64,000 nt of DNA, from assembly GCF_003790525.1 (NCBI RefSeq), contig NZ_CP033635.1. One strand, 5' to 3'. The position numbers were made by a program, and so were the translations under genes. This DNA is from Escherichia coli. Its GTDB lineage: Bacteria > Pseudomonadota > Gammaproteobacteria > Enterobacterales > Enterobacteriaceae. The notes beneath the pieces were generated by a model, which worked only from the letters and a program-made list of their open reading frames with translations, had not been told where the DNA came from and made no database searches. Within the stretch, counting starts at the first letter, position 1. Each line of letters begins with the position of its first letter. This document shows, piece after piece, positions 54,782 through 64,000 of the stretch.

Positions 54782-55669
54782 ATGGATCAAAAACAGATTG
54801 AAGAAATTGTACGCAGCGTGATGGCGTCAATGGGACAAGCGGCCCCCGCGCCGTCAGAAGCAAAGTGCGCCACCACCACCTGTACGACACCAGTGACCTC
54901 GGAAAGCTGCGCGCTGGATTTAGGTTCTGCGGAAGCAAAAGCGTGGATTGGTGTGGAAAACCCGCATCGCGCAGACGTATTAACAGAACTGCGTCGCAGC
55001 ACCGTGGCCCGCGTTTGTACCGGTCGTGCCGGTCCGCGTCCGCGTACCCAGGCGTTGCTGCGTTTCCTGGCCGATCACTCTCGTTCGAAAGATACCGTAC
55101 TGAAAGAAGTGCCGGAAGAGTGGGTGAAAGCGCAGGGCTTGCTGGAAGTCCGCTCTGAAATTAGCGACAAAAATCTCTACCTGACTCGTCCGGATATGGG
55201 CCGCCGCCTGTGTGCAGAAGCTGTTGAAGCGCTGAAAGCGCAGTGTGTTGCCAATCCGGACGTGCAGGTCGTTATTTCTGATGGCCTGTCAACTGATGCG
55301 ATCACCGTGAACTACGAAGAGATCCTGCCACCGCTGATGGCGGGCCTGAAACAGGCCGGGCTGAAAGTCGGTACGCCATTCTTTGTTCGTTATGGTCGCG
55401 TGAAGATTGAAGATCAGATCGGTGAGATCCTCGGCGCGAAAGTGGTGATCCTGCTGGTGGGGGAACGCCCGGGATTAGGGCAGTCAGAAAGCCTCTCCTG
55501 CTACGCCGTTTACTCGCCGCGTATTGCAACCACCGTTGAGGCCGATCGTACCTGTATCTCTAACATTCACCAGGGCGGCACGCCGCCGGTTGAAGCCGCA
55601 GCCGTCATTGTGGATTTGGCGAAACGTATGCTGGAGCAGAAAGCATCCGGCATCAACATGACCCGATAA
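54782..55669 (+). CDS. eutC: Ethanolamine ammonia-lyase small subunit
   Basis: 295-aa ORF. Confidence 0.95.
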   Translation: MDQKQIEEIVRSVMASMGQAAPAPSEAKCATTTCTTPVTSESCALDLGSAEAKAWIGVENPHRADVLTELRRSTVARVCTGRAGPRPRTQALLRFLADHSRSKDTVLKEVPEEWVKAQGLLEVRSEISDKNLYLTRPDMGRRLCAEAVEALKAQCVANPDVQVVISDGLSTDAITVNYEEILPPLMAGLKQAGLKVGTPFFVRYGRVKIEDQIGEILGAKVVILLVGERPGLGQSESLSCYAVYSPRIATTVEADRTCISNIHQGGTPPVEAAAVIVDLAKRMLEQKASGINMTR

Positions 55670-55678
55670 GGAGGCATC

Positions 55679-56338
55679 ATGCCAGCTTTAGATTTGATTC
55701 GACCGTCGGTAACCGCCATGCGGGTGATTGCCTCCGTTAACGCCGAATTTGCACGTGAACTGAAATTGCCGCCGCATATTCGTAGCCTCGGGCTGATTTC
55801 TGCTGATTCAGATGACGTCACCTACATTGCGGCTGACGAAGCGACCAAGCAGGCGATGGTCGAAGTGGTATATGGTCGCTCGCTGTATGCGGGCGCTGCA
55901 CACGGCCCGTCACCGACTGCCGGTGAGGTGCTGATTATGCTGGGTGGGCCAAACCCGGCGGAAGTGCGTGCTGGTCTGGATGCGATGGTTGCGCATATTG
56001 AAAATGGCGCTGCTTTCCAGTGGGCTAATGACGCAGAAAATACAGCCTTCCTGGCACATGTCGTTTCGCGTACCGGTTCTTATCTCTCATCAACCGCCGG
56101 GATCACGCCTGGCGATCCGATGGCGTATCTGGTGGCACCGCCGCTGGAAGCGACCTACGGCATTGATGCAGCGTTGAAATCTGCCGACGTGCAGCTGGTG
56201 ACCTATGTCCCGCCACCGTCTGAAACCAACTACTCGGCAGCATTTTTAACCGGTAGCCAGGCCGCGTGTAAAGCAGCCTGTAACGCCTTTACCGATGCAG
56301 TGCTGGAAATCGCGCGTAATCCAATCCAGCGTGCGTAA
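55679..56338 (+). CDS. eutL: BMC shell protein (tandem-BMC trimer)
   Basis: 219-aa ORF. Confidence 0.9.
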   Translation: MPALDLIRPSVTAMRVIASVNAEFARELKLPPHIRSLGLISADSDDVTYIAADEATKQAMVEVVYGRSLYAGAAHGPSPTAGEVLIMLGGPNPAEVRAGLDAMVAHIENGAAFQWANDAENTAFLAHVVSRTGSYLSSTAGITPGDPMAYLVAPPLEATYGIDAALKSADVQLVTYVPPPSETNYSAAFLTGSQAACKAACNAFTDAVLEIARNPIQRA

Positions 56339-56350
56339 CGGAGGTTGCCG

Positions 56351-56851
56351 ATGATCAATGCACTGGGATTGCTGGAAGTGGACGGCATGGTCGCCGCGAT
56401 AGATGCAGCTGATGCCATACTCAAAGCAGCTAACGTTCGTCTGCTCAGTCATGAAGTGCTTGACCCTGGTCGCCTAACGCTGGTGGTGGAAGGCGATCTG
56501 GCGGCGTGTCGTGCGGCGCTGGACGCAGGTTGTGCTGCCGCGATGCGTACCGGGCGTGTCATCAGCCGTAAGGAGATCGGTCGGCCAGACGATGACACCC
56601 AGTGGCTGGTTACTGGCTTTAACCGCCAGCCGAAGCAACCCGTAAAGGAACCCGACGCGCCAGTTATCGTCGCGGAATCTGCTGACGAGTTGTTGGCGCT
56701 GTTAACATCAGTACGTCAGGGAATGACGGCAGGAGAAGTGGCTGCCCACTTTGGCTGGCCGCTGGAAAAAGCCAGAAATGCGCTCGAACAGCTCTTTTCT
56801 GCCGGGACGTTACGTAAACGCAGTAGTCGTTACCGTCTCAAGCCCCATTAA
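56351..56851 (+). CDS. eutK: BMC shell protein with C-terminal nucleic-acid-binding-like domain
   Basis: Track ORF starts at TTG 56345; the ATG at 56351 (MINALGLLEVDGMVAAIDAADA) has a GGAGG RBS; 166 aa. Confidence 0.85.
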   Translation: MINALGLLEVDGMVAAIDAADAILKAANVRLLSHEVLDPGRLTLVVEGDLAACRAALDAGCAAAMRTGRVISRKEIGRPDDDTQWLVTGFNRQPKQPVKEPDAPVIVAESADELLALLTSVRQGMTAGEVAAHFGWPLEKARNALEQLFSAGTLRKRSSRYRLKPH

Positions 56852-56896
56852 CCTGTCGGAGGTGCCGGGTGTCCTACAACACCCGGCATTAACATC

Positions 56897-57949
56897 ATGA
56901 AAAAGACCCGTACAGCCAATTTGCACCATCTTTATCATGAACCCTTACCCGAAAACCTGAAGCTCACGCCGAAGGTCGAAGTGGATAATGTTCATCAACG
57001 ACAGACAACGGATGTCTATGAACATGCTTTGACAATTACCGCCTGGCAGCAGATTTACGATCAGCTGCATCCGGGCAAGTTTCATGGTGAATTTACGGAA
57101 ATTCTACTCGATGATATTCAGGTTTTTCGTGAATACACTGGTCTGGCGCTGCGTCAGTCGTGCCTGGTCTGGCCGAACTCGTTCTGGTTTGGCATTCCGG
57201 CGACGCGCGGTGAGCAGGGATTTATCGGTTCGCAATGTCTGGGAAGCGCAGAAATTGCGACGCGCCCGGGTGGAACCGAGTTTGAATTAAGTACGCCGGA
57301 CGATTACACGATCCTGGGCGTAGTGCTTTCTGAAGATGTCATCACTCGTCAGGCTAACTTTTTGCATAATCCGGATCGGGTATTACATATGCTGCGTAGC
57401 CAGTCGGCGTTGGAAGTGAAAGAGCAGCATAAAGCCGCGCTGTGGGGCTTTGTCCAACAGGCGCTGGCGACATTTTGCGAGAACCCGGAAAATCTTCATC
57501 AGCCTGCTGTGCGTAAAGTGCTGGGGGATAATTTGCTCATGGCGATGGGGGCGATGCTGGAAGAAGCGCAGCCAATGGTGACGGCGGAAAGCATCAGTCA
57601 TCAGAGTTACCGTCGATTGCTTTCCCGCGCCCGTGAATATGTGCTGGAAAACATGTCTGAACCGGTAACGGTGTTGGAGTTGTGCAATCAATTGCATGTC
57701 AGCCGCCGCACGCTACAAAACGCGTTTCACGCTATTTTAGGCATTGGCCCAAACGCGTGGCTGAAACGCATTCGCCTGAACGCCGTACGCCGCGAACTGA
57801 TAAGCCCGTGGTCGCAAAGCACAACGGTAAAAGACGCCGCCATGCAGTGGGGATTCTGGCATCTGGGGCAATTTGCCACGGATTACCAGCAGCTGTTTGC
57901 CGAGAAGCCGTCACTGACGCTGCATCAGCGGATGCGGGAGTGGGGGTGA
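56897..57949 (+). CDS. eutR: AraC-family transcriptional activator of the eut operon
   Basis: 350-aa ORF with C-terminal AraC-type HTH. Confidence 0.9.
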   Translation: MKKTRTANLHHLYHEPLPENLKLTPKVEVDNVHQRQTTDVYEHALTITAWQQIYDQLHPGKFHGEFTEILLDDIQVFREYTGLALRQSCLVWPNSFWFGIPATRGEQGFIGSQCLGSAEIATRPGGTEFELSTPDDYTILGVVLSEDVITRQANFLHNPDRVLHMLRSQSALEVKEQHKAALWGFVQQALATFCENPENLHQPAVRKVLGDNLLMAMGAMLEEAQPMVTAESISHQSYRRLLSRAREYVLENMSEPVTVLELCNQLHVSRRTLQNAFHAILGIGPNAWLKRIRLNAVRRELISPWSQSTTVKDAAMQWGFWHLGQFATDYQQLFAEKPSLTLHQRMREWG

Positions 57950-57954
57950 GGGAG

Positions 57955-58857
<903 letters not shown>

Positions 58858-59727
58858 TTACCGCTTTCTCGAGTGTGCTTTCTGGTTGTCAAACCAGTGG
58901 AAATAACTGATCACGCCTTCGGCAATCGCTGTGGCGATTTTCTGGCGAAACGCTGCAGTGCCTAACAGCCGCTCTTCTTCCGGGTTGGTGATAAACGAGG
59001 TTTCCACCAGCACCGACGGAACCGACGGCGATTTCAACACCACAAACGCGGCTTGTTCGGTGTTGCGGCTGTGCAGTTTATGCACCGGCTTAATCTTTTT
59101 CAGAATATGCGAGCCGAGCGTCAGGCTGTTTTTAATAGTATCGGTTTGCACCAGATCAAACAGCACTTGCTGCAATAGGTGATCCTTGTCAGTCGCCTTT
59201 TTACCGGCAACTTCATCGGCGCGGTTTTCGCGTTCAGACAGGTATTTCGCCATTGCGCTACTTGCGCCGCGGTTAGAGAGAGCAAATACCGAAGCACCGG
59301 CAGCTTTCGGGTTAGTAAAGCCGTCGGCATGAATTGACATAAACAGGTCTGCGCCGTGTTTATGGGCGATTTCAACGCGATCGTACAGCGGGATAAACGT
59401 ATCGCCAGAACGCGTTAAACGCGCATCAATGCCATGATTACGCAAAATGGAACGGACGTTTTTAGCAATCGCCAGCACCACATGTTTTTCTTTCGAACCG
59501 TTGCGTCCGATCGCTCCGGTATCAATCCCGCCGTGGCCTGGATCGAGAACAACGACACGTTTGCCGCCGTTTTTTTTTGCTTTCGGCTTGCTGTGTCCGT
59601 TGCTGGTTTTTAAAGGTTCTTCTTTGGCGATGGCTTGCGACATTCCTGACAACGTCAGGGCAGCCAATCCGGCTTTCAGCACCTGGCGGCGCGAAGTGAG
59701 TGTTTTTAGTGGTTTAAAAGTGCTCAT
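58858..59727 (-). CDS. amiA: N-acetylmuramoyl-L-alanine amidase, Tat-exported
   Basis: 289-aa ORF with Tat-type signal (SRRQVLKAGLAALTLSG); 3 bp upstream of hemF. Confidence 0.95.
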   Translation of the reverse strand: MSTFKPLKTLTSRRQVLKAGLAALTLSGMSQAIAKEEPLKTSNGHSKPKAKKNGGKRVVVLDPGHGGIDTGAIGRNGSKEKHVVLAIAKNVRSILRNHGIDARLTRSGDTFIPLYDRVEIAHKHGADLFMSIHADGFTNPKAAGASVFALSNRGASSAMAKYLSERENRADEVAGKKATDKDHLLQQVLFDLVQTDTIKNSLTLGSHILKKIKPVHKLHSRNTEQAAFVVLKSPSVPSVLVETSFITNPEEERLLGTAAFRQKIATAIAEGVISYFHWFDNQKAHSRKR

Positions 59728-59940
59728 ACGGCCTGAGTTGTAATAATAAAGTTCCAGATGTTATATCGTATCGCGTAATCCGTTACGACGGTTTGCTGTT
59801 GAGAATTGTTTTACTTTTCATTTCAATAGTTGACAACTCCCCATTATGCCACTTTTTCAACCGATTTTCGTCAGATATTGGCTAATTCGACCGTTCACGC
59901 CATAATCAGCCTTTTAACCCGCAAAAAGGTAACGAATACC

Positions 59941-60366
59941 ATGGAGATACGCGTATTTCGCCAGGAAGATTTCGAAGAGGTCATCACCCTTTGGGAGCGT
60001 TGCGACTTGCTGCGTCCGTGGAACGATCCGGAAATGGACATCGAGCGTAAGATGAACCATGACGTCAGTTTGTTTCTGGTCGCTGAGGTAAACGGTGAAG
60101 TGGTCGGAACGGTGATGGGCGGTTATGACGGGCATCGCGGGTCTGCTTATTATCTTGGCGTGCATCCAGAGTTTCGTGGGCGTGGGATTGCTAATGCGTT
60201 GCTTAATCGGTTGGAGAAAAAGCTGATTGCTCGCGGCTGTCCGAAAATTCAGATCAACGTGCCGGAAGATAACGACATGGTGCTCGGAATGTATGAACGC
60301 CTGGGATATGAACACGCCGACGTGCTGAGTCTGGGTAAGCGTTTGATTGAAGATGAAGAGTACTGA
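59941..60366 (+). CDS. ypeA: GNAT-family N-acetyltransferase
   Basis: Track ORF 59830-60366; the ATG at 59941 ([27 protein letters not shown]) gives 141 aa. Confidence 0.85.
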
Positions 60367-60802
60367 GTTTCATCCTGTCCATTATGATGCGCACGGTCGC
60401 CTGCGTTTACCCTTGCTCTTCTGGCTTGTGCTATTGCTTCAGGCGCGAACCTGGGTGCTGTTTGTCATTGCCGGTGCGTCGCGCGAGCAGGGTACTGCGC
60501 TGCTAAATCTGTTTTATCCCGATCACGATAATTTCTGGCTGGGGTTGATTCCCGGTATTCCGGCGGTGCTGGCATTTTTGCTGAGTGGTCGGCGGGCTTC
60601 ATTTCCCCGTATCTGGCATGTGCTCTATTTTCTGTTGCTGTTGGCGCAGGTGGTTTTACTTTGTTGGCAACCGTGGCTGTGGCTGAACGGTGAATCCGTT
60701 AGCGGTATCGGTCTGGCGCTGGTAGTGGCGGATATCGTGGCGTTAATCTGGCTGCTGACCAATCGACGTTTACGCGCTTGTTTTAATGAAGAAAAAGAAT
60801 AA
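60353..60802 (+). CDS. yfeZ: Inner-membrane protein of unknown function
   Basis: Track ORF starts at TTG 60347; the ATG at 60353 (MKSTEFHPV) gives 149 aa and overlaps the ypeA 3' end by 14 nt. Confidence 0.8.
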
Positions 60803-60862
60803 CGGCACTTTTTGGTGAATTTGCACTCCAAGCAACGTTATTGAATAACCAAAGGAAGTGAC

Positions 60863-61438
60863 ATGAAATCGCTGCGTTTAATGTTATGCGCTATGCCGTT
60901 GATGCTGACCGGCTGTTCCACGATGTCGTCAGTTAACTGGTCGGCCGCTAACCCGTGGAACTGGTTTGGATCATCCACCAAAGTGAGCGAGCAGGGCGTG
61001 GGTGAATTAACGGCGTCCACACCACTGCAAGAACAAGCCATTGCTGATGCGCTTGATGGCGATTATCGCCTGCGCAGCGGAATGAAAACCGCGAACGGCA
61101 ACGTGGTGCGCTTTTTTGAAGTGATGAAAGGCGACAACGTGGCGATGGTGATTAACGGTGATCAAGGCACGATCAGCCGCATTGATGTGCTGGATAGCGA
61201 TATTCCTGCTGACACCGGTGTTAAAATCGGTACACCGTTTAGTGACCTTTACAGCAAAGCATTTGGCAATTGCCAAAAGGCCGACAGTGATGATAATCGT
61301 GCCGTCGAATGTAAAGCCGAAGGCAGTCAACATATTAGCTACCAGTTCAGCGGGGAATGGAGTGGCCCTGAAGGGTTAATGCCTTCGGACGATACCCTGA
61401 AAAACTGGAAAGTCAGTAAAATTATCTGGCGGCGTTAA
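60863..61438 (+). CDS. yfeY: Lipoprotein (DUF1131)
   Basis: 191-aa ORF with lipobox LMLTGCS. Confidence 0.85.
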   Translation: MKSLRLMLCAMPLMLTGCSTMSSVNWSAANPWNWFGSSTKVSEQGVGELTASTPLQEQAIADALDGDYRLRSGMKTANGNVVRFFEVMKGDNVAMVINGDQGTISRIDVLDSDIPADTGVKIGTPFSDLYSKAFGNCQKADSDDNRAVECKAEGSQHISYQFSGEWSGPEGLMPSDDTLKNWKVSKIIWRR

Positions 61439-61449
61439 TTTGCGTCTGA

Positions 61450-62433
<984 letters not shown>

Positions 62434-62456
62434 GCGTTTCTGATTCATTGATTAAA

Positions 62457-62489
62457 GGCCAGCCAGTAACACAACTGACTGGCCTTTTT
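62457..62489. terminator. Hairpin plus U-tract between convergent yfeX and yfeW
   Basis: ggccagccagt...actgactggcc imperfect stem followed by TTTTTATT on the plus strand. Confidence 0.55.
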
Positions 62490-62490
62490 A

Positions 62491-63792
62491 TTACTGCTTT
62501 AACGCCGCATACACCTGATCAACTACCCAACCATAAGTTGCAATCGGTAGCTGACCGCTTTCGAACATATTGGGATTTTTTTGTGGATCGGCAACTGGCG
62601 AATGTGGCTTGTTGCTTAACATCACAATCGCCATATGATTCACCGGATCGATAACGGTCACCGTCCCGGTCCAACCTGTGTGACCGTAGGTTTGCGGGCT
62701 TGCCAGCGTGCCAAACGTCGGCGTCATGGTGGCATTACCATTCACGCGCCAGCCAAGGCCAAAAGTGGCATCTTCCTTAGAGCTGGTGGTGAACATCTTC
62801 ACCGTTTCTGCATTGAACAGCTGCACATCACCATAGCCACCGCCGTTCAGCATCGTTTGCATTAACACCGCAATATCGCCGGTATTGGAAAACAAACCTG
62901 CGTGCCCGGAAACACCGCCCATCGAATAAAAGGCTTTTTCATCGTGCACCTGACCCCAGAGAGTGGAGGTGCGGATATTCGGGAAGTGAATCACGCCATC
63001 GCGGGTATTGCCGTTCAGTTCCGTGGCGGCAATTTGCTGTGGTTTAAAGCCTTTCAACAGCGGATTAAACACCGTATGCGTCAGGCCGAGCGGGCGATAA
63101 ATCGACTCTTCAACATAGTGGTCAAGCGGCTGACCGGTGACCGACTCGACGATAAATCCAAGCAGCATATAATCGACATCGCTGTAGATATGCTTGCTGC
63201 CGGGCTGATACTCCAGCGGCGTGCGCTTGATCATCTCCAGCGTCTGGCCTTTATCCTGGGAATATAACGCGCCCGCGACCGCTTTATTCGGGTATTGCGG
63301 ATCTGCCGGGAAACCGCCGCTGTGATGCAGCAGATCAGAAATCCGCAGCGTGTTTTTGCCTTTGATCGCATCGTTCGGGCTGTCGGCAAACCCTGGAATA
63401 TATTTCGCAATCCGATCGTCAGGATGCAGTTTGCCTTCGCTCATCAGCTTTTGCAGCGCGAAGTTAGTGGCGTACATCTTGGTGTTTGAGGCCAGATCAT
63501 ACAGCGTCCCGGTGGTGGCTTTTACAGGCTGCGCCATTAACGCGCTGCCATCGTACTTTTTCGCCGCGCCCCAGGCTTTGCGATAAACAATCTGATTATC
63601 TTTTATAATCAGCAGGTTTACGCCGGGATAACCGGCATCAACTTGCTGGCTTATCCAGCGATCCATCTGATTAAGCCGTTCGACGTTAAACCCTGCCTTC
63701 TCTGGCGAACTTTCTGTCAGAACAGGGTATTTTGCGGCGCTGACGCTACAGCTGACAGCCAGCAGAGAAAGATAGAGCATTGTCCGTTTCAT
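62491..63792 (-). CDS. yfeW: Penicillin-binding protein 4B (class C beta-lactamase-like DD-peptidase)
   Basis: Track ORF 62491-63879; the ATG at 63792 (MKRTMLYLSLLAVSCSVSA signal peptide) gives about 433 aa; SxxK-type motif (LASNTK). Confidence 0.85.
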   Translation of the reverse strand: MKRTMLYLSLLAVSCSVSAAKYPVLTESSPEKAGFNVERLNQMDRWISQQVDAGYPGVNLLIIKDNQIVYRKAWGAAKKYDGSALMAQPVKATTGTLYDLASNTKMYATNFALQKLMSEGKLHPDDRIAKYIPGFADSPNDAIKGKNTLRISDLLHHSGGFPADPQYPNKAVAGALYSQDKGQTLEMIKRTPLEYQPGSKHIYSDVDYMLLGFIVESVTGQPLDHYVEESIYRPLGLTHTVFNPLLKGFKPQQIAATELNGNTRDGVIHFPNIRTSTLWGQVHDEKAFYSMGGVSGHAGLFSNTGDIAVLMQTMLNGGGYGDVQLFNAETVKMFTTSSKEDATFGLGWRVNGNATMTPTFGTLASPQTYGHTGWTGTVTVIDPVNHMAIVMLSNKPHSPVADPQKNPNMFESGQLPIATYGWVVDQVYAALKQ

Positions 63793-63796
63793 ATTA

Positions 63797-64000
63797 TCAG
63801 TCCAGATTGACGTTACGGCAGCCAAAGAGCGTGGTGAAAATAAACCCGCAAACCCATGCCACCAGAATCCCGCCTGCATAAACCGCCATTGCAGGAAGGA
63901 TACCTTGTGCTGAGGTCATCAGCGGCAGCGCCACCAGACCAGACGGCCCAAAGGCGCTGTTTAAGCCCATCGGCAGACCCCACCAGGCTATCAGTCCGAT
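63797..64000 (-). CDS. murP: 3' end of a PTS EIIBC-type membrane protein, probably the N-acetylmuramic-acid transporter (partial)
   Basis: Minus-strand frame reads ...[67 protein letters not shown] then stop at 63797-63799, 4 bp before the yfeW start; identity inferred from the recalled murQ-murP-yfeW order. Confidence 0.55.

Noticed and set aside
43111-57949. Treating the eut microcompartment locus or the hyf hydrogenase-4 locus as a novel system
   Set aside because: Both are well-characterised operons (ethanolamine-utilisation bacterial microcompartment; hydrogenase 4 formate hydrogenlyase-like complex). Every gene matches a known family in the canonical order.

Overview
This window reads as a conserved Escherichia coli-type chromosomal segment with K-12-like gene order, and I do not see a novel or previously undescribed system in it. 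Gene identities are from recognition of the translated ORFs and from memory of K-12 synteny, not from a database search. Content runs: uraA 3' end, hda, yfgD, bepA, perM, focB, the complete hydrogenase-4 operon (hyfABCDEFGHIJ-hyfR) on the minus strand, bcp, gcvR, dapA-bamC, purC, ypfJ, tmcA, ypfH, ypfN-dapE-yffB, the 19-codon ypfM, acrD, narQ, aegA, nudK, ypfG, talA-tktB, maeB, a complete 17-gene ethanolamine-utilisation operon (eutSPQTDMNEJGHABCLKR), hemF-amiA, ypeA, yfeZ, yfeY, yfeX, yfeW and the 3' end of murP. No tRNA/rRNA genes, CRISPR arrays, integrases, transposases or phage structural genes are apparent. The points most worth a second look are modest: eutA and eutB are adjacent with no prophage between them (as I recall, K-12 carries CPZ-55 there); a ~38-bp G-rich repeat occurs twice (after ypfG and between eutG and eutH); a sigma54-type promoter with upstream inverted repeats precedes hyfA; ypfM was missed by the ORF track; and several genes appear to use non-ATG starts or begin downstream of the ORF-track start. 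Many long antisense ORFs in the track look like artefacts and are listed as rejected.
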